Positions 11,921-26,630 of a stretch of DNA of 64,000 nt are shown here, piece by piece (the stretch's first letter is position 1; each line of letters opens with the position of its first letter). The DNA lies in contig NC_045696.1 in the NCBI RefSeq assembly GCF_009834535.1, positions 91,390,001 through 91,454,000 of the forward strand, in the 5' to 3' direction. Both the position numbers and the translations under genes were made by a program. The notes under the pieces are model-generated. The model did no database searches. It saw only the letters and a program-made list of their open reading frames with translations, and had not been told where the DNA came from. The stretch is from Camelus ferus (Eukaryota).

Positions 11921-12864
11921 AGGGAGTGGCATCGGGCCAGACTTTGAAGTTTTGTGTCAGGTAGAACAGAGGGGCAAAGGGCCTTCAGGAAGTGGGGTGG
12001 GGTCAGAAGACCTGGACACTGGATGGGGCCCCTGATTCTGCCTTCTTACAAGTTCTCAGGTGATGCTGCTCCCCCTGCTGCTTCAGGGACCACACTCTGA
12101 GCAGCAAGGCTAGAGACTGGGCAGAGGACTGGGGACCTCTCTGTTAAGTGGTGTGCATCTTTACTTTTGCCCTTAAAACAATATATTATCATTATTTTTG
12201 TGTGTCTTTTCCTTTCAGTACACTTTAAACAACTTGAGTTGTATCTGCATATCTGTATGAACTCCTTCTTAGCATAGTGCTGGGCGCATGGTAGGATTTT
12301 AATCAAAAGTTGTTGAATTCAGAAATGAATTAATGAACAAAAGAGATCAAAGAGAGTGAAGACCATGAAGAACAAAGAAAAAGATCTATTTGGTCTCCAA
12401 AGGGGGAAAGTGATCCAACAGAGCCAAGATCTAGAGAAGTCAAGGAGACTGGAGGTGGGATTTGACCTTGGATCTGGTAGCTGGGGACTCACCAGTGACC
12501 CACAAGGAGCAGTGTCTGTGGGGGTGGAGTGGAGGATGGCAGGTGTCTATTATGGATTGTATCTGGAAGGGAAGGGTAGGAAATGACTGTAGGAGTGTGG
12601 GAGTTTAGAGGAAATAAGGAGGGTTAAAAAATATCCAATAAGAATAAAATGATTGAAGATGTGGGAGAAAATATTAGATAGAACAGTTGCTAAAGGAAGT
12701 CAGGGAGTCAATTCCAGAGCACCTGTGGAGAAGTCAATTTCGGAAAAGATTAAGTACAGAAAGGACAGGCAAGGCTACAGTAGAGTTTGGGCAGGGAGTG
12801 GAGTTAAGGGATCACTGGGTCACCTAAAAGAGGGTTCAGAGTGGAGGGAACACAGACTGGGTTG

Positions 12865-13291
12865 TGTATTCCTTTTCTGAGCTGCTGTAACAATGCCACA
12901 AATGTAGACAAATTTATTATCTTACAATTCTGGCGATCTGAAGTCCAACGTAGGTCAACAGGCCCACATTCCTTCTGGAGGCTCAAGGGGAAAATCTGTT
13001 TCTTTGCCCTTTCCAACTTTGAGAGGCTGTCTGCACCCCGTGGCTCATGGCCTGCATCATTCTTACCTTTGCTTTTCCCATCACATCTTCTCTGACTCTG
13101 ACCCTCCCCCACTCTTCTAAGGCTCTTGCAGTTACACTGGGGCCACCCAGATGAGCCCAGATTATCTATCTCAAGACCCTTTACTTAATCACATCTACAA
13201 AGTCCCTTTTGCTGTGTAAGGGAGTATTTTTCACAGGTTCTGGGACTTAGGTTGTGGACATCTTTAGGGAGTCATTATTCTGCCTACCACA
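12865..13291 (-). mobile_element. MaLR solo LTR (MLT1C/D-like)
   Basis: tgtatt...gctgctgtaacaa at one end and cattattctgcctaccaca at the other. Confidence 0.8.
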
Positions 13292-16200
13292 GATAGAGTC
13301 TGGGGACCAGGTCATATGGGGAATAGTGAGGGGTGACTAACAGGCCAAACTTGGTTTGCTAAAGGAGGCAGCTGGCATGCCATTTTATCTGAAGCCTGAG
13401 AGCAAAAGCAAAACAAACAAAGCTTTTAGAAAAGCAGGTTCAATAAAAGTTCAAGGGGGATCTGGGGAGAATAAGTTAATTCGACTTATTTCCCATGGGG
13501 TTAAGGCTGGGCAGAAAGGTAAATGAAACCAGGAGGAGGCTCACTTATAGGAAGGGGGAAGGGAAAGGCCTTGGGGCCACCTGACCAAAAAGGTGGGGTC
13601 TAAGGGTGAGGGCAACACCACATGTGACATTCAAAGAGGTCTCACCAGACCCCTGGTTACAGGCCTTCTATGGCTGCCCAGAGACTCAGGAAAGGACTAT
13701 GAAGCTATTTAAAACCAGGCCCCTAACCACTGCCTGGTCTCATAGGACCACTGTAACACCAACACCTCAAACAACTGTACAGTCCCAGGGACCACAGATG
13801 AGAATTCTCTCTTGGGGCGCTGAGTTTTTACATATATGCCATGTTCTCCACCTGGAATGTTCTTCCCTTCCACCACAACCTTTTCTGGGCCCACTATTTC
13901 TGGTCCTTTAGACAGCTGCATAGATTGCCCTTTCTTGCCAGGAATCCTCTCTGACTTCTTTCTTACCCCTAATCTCTGACATGGCAAATTTCACATTGTA
14001 ATGAATTTGTCTCTGCTGGTCTCTCTCCCTCTGGACCACCTTGGCTGTGATGCAAATGCTTGAGACACGAGGACCATCTTGGCACATCACTGTGTCCTTC
14101 GTGCCTAGCATAGTACAGAAGTCACTCCACAAATAATTTCTTAATACAGAAGAGTTAGTATTAGTACCTAAATTTGCAGAGGGTTTTATTATTCACAAAG
14201 GACTTTTATTTTAACATCTAATATCTCATTTAATCCTACCCATTACTCTATGATGTGTTATTTTTCTCTCCATTTTACACCAATCAAAATAGATGCTATG
14301 AGAGGTTAACTTGCCCCCATCACACAGGTAGTAAGAGGTAAGTGACAGGTCCAGGACTCTGACTCCCAACCCCTTCCTCTCCCAGCCTAGGGGAGTAATG
14401 AGCAGCCTCCACTTGAGAAGGCCACAAGGGGAGTGTTCCCAGGTTACAGGAGGCAGGGGAGGATGGGCAAGGGGCACCAAGAGTGGCTGAGCTCATGCCA
14501 AGTACCAGGCACTGTGTAGGTGTTTTATAGACGTGATCTCGCTTGTTCCCTACAACAACCGTTTCATTTTGTAAACAGAGAAGTTGAAGTTTGGAAAGGT
14601 TAAGAACAGTGCTGGTACCAAGGTGTGATGACCCCCTCATCTTTATCAGCCCCTCCAATTTTCAGATAGGCAATGCCCATGTCTTCCACAGGTCATTACG
14701 TTCACACTGCGCTGCTCCCCCACCCCCCACCCCCTTAGGCTGCCATTTACAGAAAATCTGGGCTGACACTGGTTAGGGAACATATAGAGAAGGTTGAGCT
14801 ACCTCATCATTCCAGTCTAATTACAACCACTGAAATGTTTTGACTTCAACACACTAAAAAAGTGAGACTGTAAGGCTGTGGCTTGTGAAGCAAAAGGGAG
14901 AGCCAGGACACAGTAGAAGATGGTGGTCAGAAAGGTGAGCTAAACAAGAGAAGGAGGGGAATTGGAAGGAAGGAATAAGAGAGGGGGAAAGCAGATTCCT
15001 GTAGATACTGTGGGTGCTGAGTGTGGATCCCAGAATGAGGAACAGAGAGTTATGAAACACCCATAGTGATGTGAACGGACCCCACCTGGACCAGGATCCT
15101 AACTGGTGGGAAGAAGTTGTGACGGGGGCACCACCTGACCCTTTGTTTCCCATCAGCACTTCTGTTCATATTAAAGCAGCCCCAACCCCCACTTGCCTCC
15201 TTCAGCTCTTAGTGAGCTCACACTTTATTGCTGAGATGTGCAGGCTGTGATCTAGAGAAATCCCTGATTCACCTCCTCTCTTTCATGTTCATCAGTTAAA
15301 CAGCAGGCAAGGGGAATGGGAGGGATACAGAGGAGGGTCTACTGAGAGAGGAAAATGAAGTAACAAAAATCAGAACTGCAGGCTGAGGCTTTTAATATAA
15401 GTCTAGTTAATTTAGTTTCAGGTGAAATAAGAGGCTAAATGAGGAGGGTTTTGACTTTGTGAAATTTGGATTAAAGTGGGTCTTTTCTTACTGCATGATA
15501 GCTGGGCCAGTGCTCTGTAACTTGGAGACACACTGAGCAGGTTCTCCACAGAAGGCAAGGTGCAGGAATGTTTCACACTTCCTTGAGTGCCCTCCTCACT
15601 ACCTACCTTGTGTGACCAGTGATAACGTAGTTATCCAGGGCTGGAGGGTCAACAGTTTGCCCTTGAAAGAAATATTCTCTGTGTATGGCCGTGAGATTGT
15701 GAAGGTGGCATAGCTTCAACATCCATCCATCTGTGAGTTTCTGATGTTGCTGCCTGGGCAGGTGGGGTCCCTTCCTCCATCACTGCCCTCTGGACATCCC
15801 TCTCTTAGGAAACTCTCCTTCCTAGGTGGAGGGAGGCAGTTCCTGGCTAGTGACTCACGGCTGGAAGCTCCAGAGAGTTCTTGGAGTCCATTTATAGGAA
15901 AAGACTGGGTGGTCAATTTTCCAAGTGGCCTTCTGGGGCTGAGTATGTATTCTTGGCTGCCAAAAATCATGCTGTAACCTAGCCAATGAAAGGAACAGAA
16001 TTTAGTAACACATATGCGCATATCTGTTATTATCCCCAGGACGTGGGCTTCCAGTCCTAACCAAACAGAGAAGAGTGGCAGGATGTGGCAAGTTTAGCCC
16101 TCTATTGATTAATGTCCCGACCCAGAAGAACTGGTTCTGTGGCCTGGTCCCTAGAAATGAGTCATTTTCTAGGATTTTCTCTCAGCAGCGTGGCGCATTC

Positions 16201-18189
16201 CTATTCACATGCCTAATCCTACCGCACCTAACACCGCATCACCAAGCCGTCAGTCCTCAGAGGTCACTTTTGGTATTTCTTTAAAATGAGAAGGCAGTTG
16301 AAAAAACATTAAGAAGATAGAGTGATGGAATATATAGACTGTTCTAAAACAGTCTTTGGAACAAAACCTTGGTTTTCAGAATTTATATTTTGTTGGCATG
16401 GTGGGAGTAAGTAGCAACTGGAAAGAGTGGCAGTTACGGATTTCTGGAAACTAACAGAGATTGTTAATGCTAGCCAAATTAACTGAAAGAGAAAATTGAG
16501 CCTGAGGACTAATTTAAGAGGGAGTATGCACACACACGTACACACAAGTACACATACACAATAGCTCTACCTTTTATTCTATACATAGGCATTTAAACGT
16601 CACTTGCTGTCAATTAAGTTATGGTGCTATGTTTTCAGATGCTCTGTTTTCAGGTGCCCATGGCCTGGGGTGATAAGATATATCCACAAAACTTCAGTTC
16701 AATGACAAGATGCCACACTTGTCAGCAGACTGCTCTGGAAGACAGAAAAGGCAGTGTATAAATCTGCTCCGGAAGGACCAGAAAAGCCAGGGATAGGCCC
16801 CTTCCCTGGATTACTTGCTTTATACAGTTCTGTTTGGCCCTCTTCTACCTGGGTCTGGGAGCACCATTCATATATACTTCCTTGCCTACTAAACATAGTC
16901 CAGATAACTGGACCTTGGAATCCCTTTCCTATAGATCTCCATCCTGCTTCCAGGCTTGTGTAAGGCCTGGTCCCTGGGTCTGTTTTCCCAAGGGCAGGCC
17001 ATGCCAACAGTGTGACCCCATAGGTCAGAGGGGCAGCCTAGATGAGCTTGCATATGTGGGCTGGGGTATCCACATACATGCATAGGAGACTCCTTGAGGG
17101 GTAGGAAGAGAAGGGAGGGGCAAGGGATGGGAGCTAGGGCTCATTTCTCCCTGTTCCTCCTACAGGGGCCCTTAAAATTCTAAGTTCAAATCAAGCCTCC
17201 CAGATTGCTGTAAAGGTGTATATGTCAGGTGAGAGGAGAGACCATTGTACAAGGCTGCTGAATATTTAAGTGTGTGGTCTGGGGGAGCCTCCTTTTGTAC
17301 TCTAGCCCCAGGTCCTACATCTGTTAGAGTGGGCTAGAGGGAAGGCCTCCCAAAAGTAGAGCTATTTGAGATCAGCTTTGAAAGTATGAGTTTTCTCCAT
17401 CTCCAGTCCACGGTGGGTGGTCAGTGGCATGGTGTTGGGTCAGAAGGTTCATGGGGGAAAAGACAGCAGATATACCCATCAATGAGGAAGACCCTGGAAT
17501 GCCATAACATTGGGATTCCAGCCATGGGCCGTGGGAAATCTTTCCTTCCTCCTTTCTTTCTTTTCCTTTTAATTTTCTTTTATAGATTTGGGATATATGG
17601 CTAGAGTTTAAATTAAATTGTCATGACTGGAAGCACATGTCATTAAGGCCTTGGTGTCCCAGGATTAGGACATGAAGAGTAAGGACTGGGAAATGGAATT
17701 TTACAGAATGGGACAGGAAATGTGTAAGCAGTTTCCATTTCTAAAAGCTTCAGGTTAAGTACACTGCCCTGACCTGGATCTGCTGGCTGACACTTCTGTC
17801 AGAGGTGCCAGGGACCTCTCATGGTTTCTCCTGAAGGGCATACAATCACCTGCAATGCACAGGCAGCCTTTATTGAATTGTCCATTCTTATGTGCTATTT
17901 ACCAGAAACTAACCCTGTCATATCAGTACTTCATAACAAGTACTGATATGAATATGAAGTTTAAATTTATACATAGGATAATTTTACTGATAATTTATCT
18001 CAAAACTATCTTCTTTTATATCCCCATTGGTTATGTTGTATATGACACATGGTAGATATATGTTTAAACATTATGTACAAGTATTCAAGTACTATGGTAT
18101 GGGGTGGTATGGGGGTTATCCAAAAACTACCCTATAAAATCATGTAGATTTGCCTTCCTTTTATTTGTGCCTCGGGTATCTATCAACTC

Positions 18190-19330
18190 ACCATCTGGCC
18201 AGGCTCTGTGCTACAGAATAGAAACGATTCTTGACCTTGTAGACCTTTCAGTCTAGTCTGCAAGACAGGCATTAGACCAGCAATAAGAAGGAAGCATGAA
18301 GGTAGAAGCTTTAGCAGGGACACAAGACTGAGGGAGGAAGAGGCGGGGAGTTGAGGAAGACTTTTTAAAGGAAATAACAGCTAATCTGAAGCCTCAAGAA
18401 TGATAGGGAATTATCTAACAAAATTGGGCCAATAAGAATTACAGGCAGAGTGAATGACGGGAATAAAATTCAAGACACAAAAGAAAACTTAGCAGGTCAA
18501 GAACATTTTTCAAAATCCAACATGGTGGAAGTGTGATATGTGATGGGATCTGGATGGGGAGAGAGTAGAGCACGTGGGTGGGGAGATAAGTCTGGAAGAT
18601 GGATAGGAGTCCGTTCAGAGAAGGGGTGTTGAGCCTCTGACTTGAGAGCAATGGGAAATTAGGGAAGTATTTTAAGCAGGGAAGAGTCACATTGTGGCCA
18701 CAGGGTGGAGAAGGATTTGGATGGGCAAGACCAAAGTCAGGGAGAACAATGAGGAGGCTGTTGGAATAACCCAAGTGCAGGGTGATTAGATCAGTGGTCT
18801 CAGCTTAAATATCCCTGCTGAGAAGACTTCCCTGACCCCCAGCCTAAATCAGGGCTCCAGACTGTCTCTCATAGCCCCTGTATTTTCTCTACATGACATT
18901 TTTTAAACTTGTAATTATGTATTTATGTGGTAATTGTTTTTACTGAATATCTCCTTTACTAGACAATGAATTATTCCACGAAGACGGGAACCTGTTAGAC
19001 TTGTTAGCAACTATAACTCCAGCACCTAGAATAGTCCTTTGCAAATGGGAAGAACTCAATAAATATTTGTTAATGTGAATGAACAGATGAATGGAAATGG
19101 AGGAAAGTGGACCTGTCTGTGGGATACTTGGGCAGTGGACTTGGCAATTGCTCAGATGAAGCTGATGATAAGGGAAAAAACAGTAGTCAAGAATGATTTC
19201 CAGACTTCTGGCTTAAGTAGCCATGCAGATAATGATGTCATTTATGGGGAAAAGAGACACTGGAGGCTAGCAAGGTGGGAAAAGCAGGTTTTTGGCAAGG
19301 GGTGGAGTATGAGTCCAGCAGGTTGAGCTG
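18190..19330. mobile_element. L2 LINE fragments in both orientations
   Basis: gcaatgggaaattagggaagtattttaagcaggg, and an L2 3' end ctccagcacctagaatagt...actcaataaatatttgttaatgtgaatgaa. Confidence 0.7.
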
Positions 19331-20216
19331 TGTATCAGACTCCATTTTAATACTGGAAGCTACATTTCAAGACCCTTACCAAAATGGCAACAAACCAAAA
19401 CAGCAAACCAATAACAAACAAAAGAAATAAGCATGGTAAAAGTATGGATGGGCAAATAGTTTGTACTTTTATTGTTCAGTTTTCCACAGGTTGGCCTTTC
19501 TAATTATTTTACCTTAGCAGACAAAACAGTTCACTAAATTGTCGGTATGCAATGTGTCTGTTAACATAGAGATTTTATTCCACAAAGAGCCGCCTTTTCC
19601 TTAATATGAATTATTGCATCTTTGTATTGATAAAAGCATTAAAAATCAAGAAAAAAAGATTAGAATATTGAGAACATGGTAGAAATAATTTTACTTTAAT
19701 AATTTTTTAATCTTATTACATTTTTGTGATCAAAATGGAAAGTTGAAGAAAATGGAAGAGCTCTTTCCTTCCTGCTTTCTTATTTTTATTATTAAATATT
19801 TCCATACCACATTTCTCCAGTTTGAAGGCTTTGATTAAAGTCATCATAAAGGATTTCTTACATACTTATATTGTCCTTTAAATTGAATAGCTCATGATGA
19901 TTTGAAGGAAATATAGCACTCCTGATGAGAACATAACACATCAAAATTTGACTTTTAAAGAGCAGGGTTTAGGCATTTTGTAGCCTTCACTCTTCAGTAG
20001 CAGAGCACAGATTTAAATACAAAGCAAAAGAACCTGAAGCCTCTGAAATTTTATTGTAAAGTTTAAATTCCAGACTTAGAAGATTTGCTTGAGTTCTGAC
20101 AAGAGTAATAATCTCAGAGTTCAGACTGAATACAAAAAACATTAGTTTGATTCTGACTTAATTAACTTTCCTCTTTGTTTCTCTTTCTTCCCTTCTCTTC
20201 TCTTTTCTTTCTGTAG

Positions 20217-20426
20217 GTGGTTCAGAAGTGTATTCCTTTCCTAATCGAGCATTTGAAGGATTCAACCCATAATGACATCATCCTAAGCATCCTCATAGAG
20301 ATAGCAGGCTATGAGCCAGTGGCTTTGAGCAGTTTTCTTCCAACGCTGAGAGAGATTGGTGAGAGATTCCCCTACCTCATTGGACAAATGGCAAGAATCT
20401 ATGGAGCTGTTGGACATGTGGATGAA
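20217..20426 (+). CDS. VEPH1: VEPH1 internal coding exon (about exon 6)
   Basis: Long pyrimidine tract, then ctgtag|GTG...GAT GAA|gtaagt; 210 nt. Encodes VVQKCIPFLIEHLKDSTHNDIILSILIEIAGYEPVAL...GAVGHVDE. Confidence 0.96.
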
Positions 20427-22534
20427 GTAAGTTTGGCTTTTTTTCCTCTCCATTTCCCTAAATTCCATTGGCACCTAATCTGTTGGAGCTCTATGACCTA
20501 CAAGTTTGTCCCCAGACTTCAGAGTGTTTCCGTTTCTTTGTCAAATGTTTTGCATCGACAGCAGCCTCTGGATCAAGGGCATGTTGTAGCAGGGCTATGT
20601 GGAAAGTTTAGGAAGTGAGGATTTCATTGCTGGAGTGTCACCTGAGGAAAGGGAAGGAGATAACAACAACCAGTAAGAGTTTTATCTCATTTCTGGTCGC
20701 AGTTTGCTTAACCTAGGAGATCATTAGTAAACACAGAGTTAGGTCTCAGAGACTGCCTATTAACCCATAGCTATCCTGTCAATGAGTGCCTGCACTCAGT
20801 ATGTTTTGAGCCCTCTGTTTGATGTTACTTGGGAGAGTGCAATAAACGCTCATGGATGTTTAAAAGTCCTAGTCTAAATATTTGCATAATAAAATCTTTC
20901 AGCAGGGATAACAGGATGCCATCAGACCTTGTTGGGATTAGGCAACTGAACAAGAATTTCCAGAAATTAAAGTTCTGAAGGGTGTGTGCATGCACATGTG
21001 CACACAGATGCACATCTGTCTGATGATTTTATATTGGGATTTAGGGTTTGTATCTTTTAAAAATAAAAGCAGATAATATAATCAATAGAGGGAAGCTTTT
21101 ACTTTCACCCTCTTACTTATACTGTAGTTTCCTATATGATAAATATAAAATTGTACAACTCTTAAGAGGGATTTCATAGTTCATCAAATTTAACCCCTTG
21201 AGTCTACACAAGAGAAAATTAAAAACTGGAGAAGTTAAATGATTCGCCCAGACTCAGACTAGGTTAGTTGATGACCTAGCTAGAATTAGATCTTCGGTAT
21301 CCTTGGCACTCTTTTCAAATTTTATCTTAAGATGGATCTTTGGTTCTGTGTTGTTTGAGTTCTGCTGAGACTTGTGGAGAGCCTGGTGACTCCCAGACTT
21401 CCTCCTGCTAGACGGCCTTTCCCCTCTAGCTTCCCAGAAGAAAGTGGGAGAGCTGAGCTCCCAAGCAGCCCACACTTGTGAATGTGACTGTGGGTCTTGT
21501 AAAAGGATTACTCAGGACTGACATGCTACTTAGTATGATCCCTTTCTGTTCACTGCTGTTGGGAACGTCTCACGCCAGCCACGATCTGCCTTCTGGTAAC
21601 ATTTTCCGTGCCTGTCACCTTTGCTGCCAGGAGAACCTGCTGGTATGCCCAAGTGCTTTTAGGCCAACTGCAACTGACAGCTGTTTAACTGAATCTGCTG
21701 ACCTTGCAGATTTTTGCCTGGACCAAAAACTTCAACCTCTGATATTCAAGGCCTTGGAATCCTTAGGTGGTAGTTCTTTTTGTCACACATGCATTTATGG
21801 TTTGTTAATGTGTGGTTATGCACACTGAAAGTGACTAAACCTCCCACAGAAAATGTAATTTGTTAAAAAAAAAAAAAAGCAAAAACAAAACAAATAGAAA
21901 CACTAGCCACATGCAACTATGTCACTGTAGGTTTGTCTGAACAAAGGCTAACCTGAGAGAGAATGGACTGTTAGGTGACATTTATGTTATTCCAGGTAGG
22001 TGCAGGGAGAAGGAGAGCGCATCCAAAGAGCCTTAGGAATCACTTATTTCAAAATTCAAATTATCAGAATATTTTCTCTTCTCTCCTCTCCTCACCTCTC
22101 CCCTTCTCCATCTCTCTCTCTCTCTCTCATTTTCATGTGCCCATGGAGGCATCTATGTTTGGGAGAGAAAATAATTTTTTTCTGGTGGTTTTGATTCACC
22201 TCCTCATCAGAGAACAATTTTAGATCGAATGCTTTCCAAATGTATCTGGGTATCAGGATTATATCAGGATGTTTTTTAATAACATGAGTTCTTGGACCTC
22301 AGAGACTATCTACTAAATCAAAATCTCTAAGAAAGGGACCCAGGAATCTGGACGTATGGGACCCCTCTGCCAGGGTAATTCTGATGCAGCTTTTTGTGGA
22401 CCAGGATTGGAGATCCCTTGACAGAACGTATTTAAAGCATTTTCTCTCTCAGACTAAGATTCAGGCCTTGTCCATCAGCCATCCTGCCCTCCTCCATCAA
22501 GTCATGCTAATTAATTAAAACTGATACAGCAATT

Positions 22535-22950
22535 TAAATTAGATAAAGTTGAGAGGAACACAAAAATTCAAAACAACAGTGGCTTAAACAAAGATACACA
22601 TCTATTTCCCATGCACATAAAGAAGTCTAGAAGGCAGTCAGTCTAGAACTGCATGTTTCGGAAACTGAGGCCCCTTCAACTTTGTTTATCTCCCATTCCT
22701 GAACACACCAGAGAGCACGTGGCTTCCATCTTATGGTCCAGGGTGGCTACTCATCTCCACCTGTCAAGTCAACACTTCAGCCAGTAGTAAAGGGGAAAGG
22801 GGAGAAGGACTCTTCCAGACAGTTGAACACAACCTACTGTTTATAACCTGTTGGATAAATAAAACAAAGCTGCATATGACTATACCTAGCTGCAAGGGAA
22901 GCTAAAACATGTAGTCTCGATTTAGGTGGCCACATGCCCAGCTAATCAAG
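22535..22950. mobile_element. Old MaLR LTR (MLT1J/K-like)
   Basis: aacaacagtggcttaaacaaaga...ctagctgcaagggaagct motifs. Boundaries are approximate. Confidence 0.6.
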
Positions 22951-25616
22951 AGAGAAGGACAGAAAAAATGACGGAAGACAAAGAATATCTCTGTTGCAGG
23001 TTGTCAAATAATTTGTTTCTCTGGGTCTAATTTCTTTCCTTAAAAATAACGTCTTTGCCCTGGATTACCTCCCTTCTCGCTCTGATATTCTTGGATTCTA
23101 CTATTTTATTTCATTTAGGATCAGCCTGACAAAATTACCTGTGTTAGTCAGGACGCTTTACTCAGAAATAATGCCCCTGCTTATTTGTTTCTAATGCCTA
23201 AAATATCACCATTTGCAAGTCCTTGTTTTAGCTTTAAAGAACGCTAAGCTCAGATGTCTCGTGAATAAGTATCATAATCCAAGCAGCTATTAATTGCTTA
23301 ATTTAAGTGAACCTGTTCAACTTTCTAAAAATCTTGTGGAGCCACATTCCTAAAGACCAAAACCAACAGGCAAGATATATATGTATGGCTAGTTCTACCC
23401 AGCCTCTTTCCAAAAGTAAACAGGAAGTTTCTAAAGTATAGTGCCAGGTGGGCATGAGGGCAGAAGTCAAATATGAGCCCCTGGCTACCTATAGAGGAGG
23501 AAATTGCAGTAAAAAGTGAGCTGTGGGAACTTTGCCTTGAAAAGGTCCTGCTGTTTTCTGTGTGGAGAGCTTGGTCTGTGGTGAGGTAAAGGGACATGGG
23601 GACATCTGAGACAGGGACTTGCTTAGGGTGTTGATGACAGCTTGGGCCCTAGGATCCTCTCTCTCATCCTACCCTGGTCTCACCAACAAATGACTTAATT
23701 AAATTATTTTCTCTTTGACACCAAAGTAAAATTTTCAGATGTATTCAGGAGTTCCAAGTATCAGATAATTTTTGTTGCTAGGATTTAAAAGATTTTAGAA
23801 ATGCAGAAAAGCCAGCGCAACTTTAAGTATCTTGCTCCAACTTTTGAAATGCAGTCTGTGACTGATTGGAACCTGTGGTTCAATCCGTCCCTTGTTGTCT
23901 GGCTTCCAGCAAATTGCATTGTTTGATCCTTAAGATGAAGAAGGGAGTCTCCAGGGAGTCTCCAGCCCTTGGGCTCAGGATAGCCTCAGGAGTAGAGTCA
24001 GCCTGGGATCAGTGGCACACGTTATTAATTGACTTATGCCTCACCTTCTGTGCTTGCGTGTAGCCGGGGATGGGAACTGCAGGGCTGGCTATGGAGAACC
24101 AGCCTGGTGGCGGTGGCAGGGCGGTGGGGGGGTGGGGGGAGCTGTCTTTCAGATCAGTGCCCATCTGGGTGGGCACACTGTTTTCAACAACTTGATAGCA
24201 GTCACAGTTTTCCCATCTGCTGATGTAAACCCAGCAGAGGAACGTTCTATCTATAAAACAAAAGAATAAAACCCTACGGACAAATGTTCTCTTTCTCCCA
24301 AATTTCCTCAGGGATCTTTTCTTGCTCAAATTTGAAGTGAAACCATGCTAAATAACCATATAGTGCTTGTGTCACTATCGGAGGCTGTGCAGTGACTCCT
24401 AGGCAATTTTCAGGCATGTGTTGGCATCCAAAGCACATCTATTGGATGGAGAGTGAAACTCAGGGGACCAAATGGCAGAGAAGTCCATCCACTCCTGGGG
24501 TAACTGAAGAGTGGTTGCCTCAGAGGTGGACCTTCCTTGGCCCTGTCCAGTAGGGACACAGCCGGCTCTTCATCATATCAGGATTCACCCAAGTTCTGTG
24601 GTGAGTTCAGATGAAGCAGATGCATGAATAAGAAATATTATTTTATTAGCTACGTCCTTGGCATGGCAAAATTACACAGGTCCTTTTGTCTTTCTCAAAT
24701 GAGAAGACTGCAGTGAAGACCTCTCAAACAACAGCAGAAATGACTGAAATTACTTCTTAGTAGCTCCTGAGGGTCCATCCCCTGACACACATCCAGAGAG
24801 TTCTTATAAAGCCCTTAGCACATGCCTGCCACAGAGGACATGCTTGATACATTTAACTAATAATAATAACAACAACAGCAACAGCAACAGCAATACAGTA
24901 AAACCCTGTCCAGCTGGAGAGGGCTGATGAAAGAAGAATGTGCTTCTTCCCACTCTAATGCATCTCTTGTAGGATTACCAGTTTTCTTTCTGAAGATACA
25001 AGTGTGAATCCTACTATCCTACTTCCTTGCACAAAGTCCTCTGTTGGCTCCTCTACTGCCTGTAGGACATCATCTAAACTCCTTGGTTTGGCCTCACCGT
25101 CCTTCTCCAGCTTTAGTTCTTATCTGTCCAGGCTATTCCATCCCACCTATGTTCTACCTGTGAACATTATACATCCTTCCCTGAGCATACCTTGCTCTGA
25201 CATAAGTTGTGATCTCCACGGCCTATTCTTCTGCCTGGATAGTTTCCATCCCTTTCTCTTACTTATCTTTCCTTACTCAGATCAAGTGTCACCTCCTGGG
25301 TAAGCTCTTCCCAGTTCGCTTAGTCAGTTAGTCACCCCTCTATATTCCCACCACACTTTCCCTGTACCTCAAATATCACACCAACTATGCCACGTCGTAA
25401 TTTGCCTGTCCGTGTCTGTTTCTTCTCAGTGAGTCTCTAAGCTCCCAGATGAAGGAATCATACCTTATCCATCTGAGTTCACCTGTGGCCAAAAGAATGA
25501 ATGAGTACTTGAGAGTACTGTTAATTAAAAATTTGAAAGTTTTCATATTAGATTTTAGGGAAATTTGTACTGATGTCAGCATTAAGGCTATAAAAGTACA
25601 AAATGAAAAAGACCCC

Positions 25617-25617
<1 letters not shown>

Positions 25618-25674
<57 letters not shown>

Positions 25675-25677
25675 CAC
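25618..25677. repeat. (TA)n(CA)n compound microsatellite
   Basis: Read directly from the sequence. Confidence 0.95.
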
Positions 25678-26399
25678 TTACTTTATTTGAATAGGCTATT
25701 GTTTTCTTTTTTTCCTGAAAATATAAAAATGTCCATTTTTACAATTTTATTATGTGTCCTTGTATTATCATAGATTCATTCTTAATATATAAAGTGAATT
25801 TCAATTTATTGTATTTTTTTATTGCTAAAACTCTCAGAAAACTTGCTTTATGAGGCATTCTATATTTAAAACCAAGTCTTCAAATAAAGGGATTATATTC
25901 CCAAGTTCAGGAAAAAAAAATGAACTGGAAGGTTGGATTCTCACTAGCCGCTTTCATTCAGACAAGTCTTTGTCTAATTCTACTCAGTGACATAACTATA
26001 ACTTAAGAGAAAAGAGAAGAAAATATTAAGATGGAAAAGGATGTTGATTCTTCAGAGCCTATACAATTTATCTCTAATATCTAACAGGGGAAGCTGAGGA
26101 TGAGTTAGTTTGACAGGGGACCTGGTGTTATTCATCAGAAAGTGTATGATGAGGCAATGTCCATCTATGATTCCTAAAGATCCCGGCTCCTCAGTAGGAG
26201 ACATCAGTGAAAGATGACATTGAGTGGATCGTGAAAAGAGGTTTTCCTGTGTAAGGCCTCAGCAGGCAGCAAGCTAGCTGAAGCACAGCTCAAAGAGGAG
26301 CTTTCACCACTGTGGACTGCGCAGTGATCGTCACTGAGGATGTGTCTTGTCCGTCACATGGGTAATCTTGCTGCCCCGGGGACATCTATACAGAATAAC

Positions 26400-26630
26400 A
26401 TGGTGACTAATAGGGTGGTCTCACAAGTCAGACCACCTTGGTTTGAATCCTGACTTAGCCGCTTATCAACAGTGTGGCCTTGAGCAAGACACATCACCCC
26501 TCTTGACTCAGTTTCCTCATCTGTAAAGTAGGAATAGCAGTGTTATTCACCTCATAGTTTCGTTGTGAGGATTTAATGAGTTGACATGGAAAACATTGTC
26601 TGGCAAAGGGTAAACATTCAATGAATATCA
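26400..26630 (+). mobile_element. MIR SINE
   Basis: tttgaatcctgact...ctcagtttcctcatctgtaaa core. Confidence 0.85.

Noticed and set aside
20427..20618. Read-through extension of the VEPH1 exon ORF
   Set aside because: There is a strong gtaagt donor at 20427, and VEPH1 similarity stops there.
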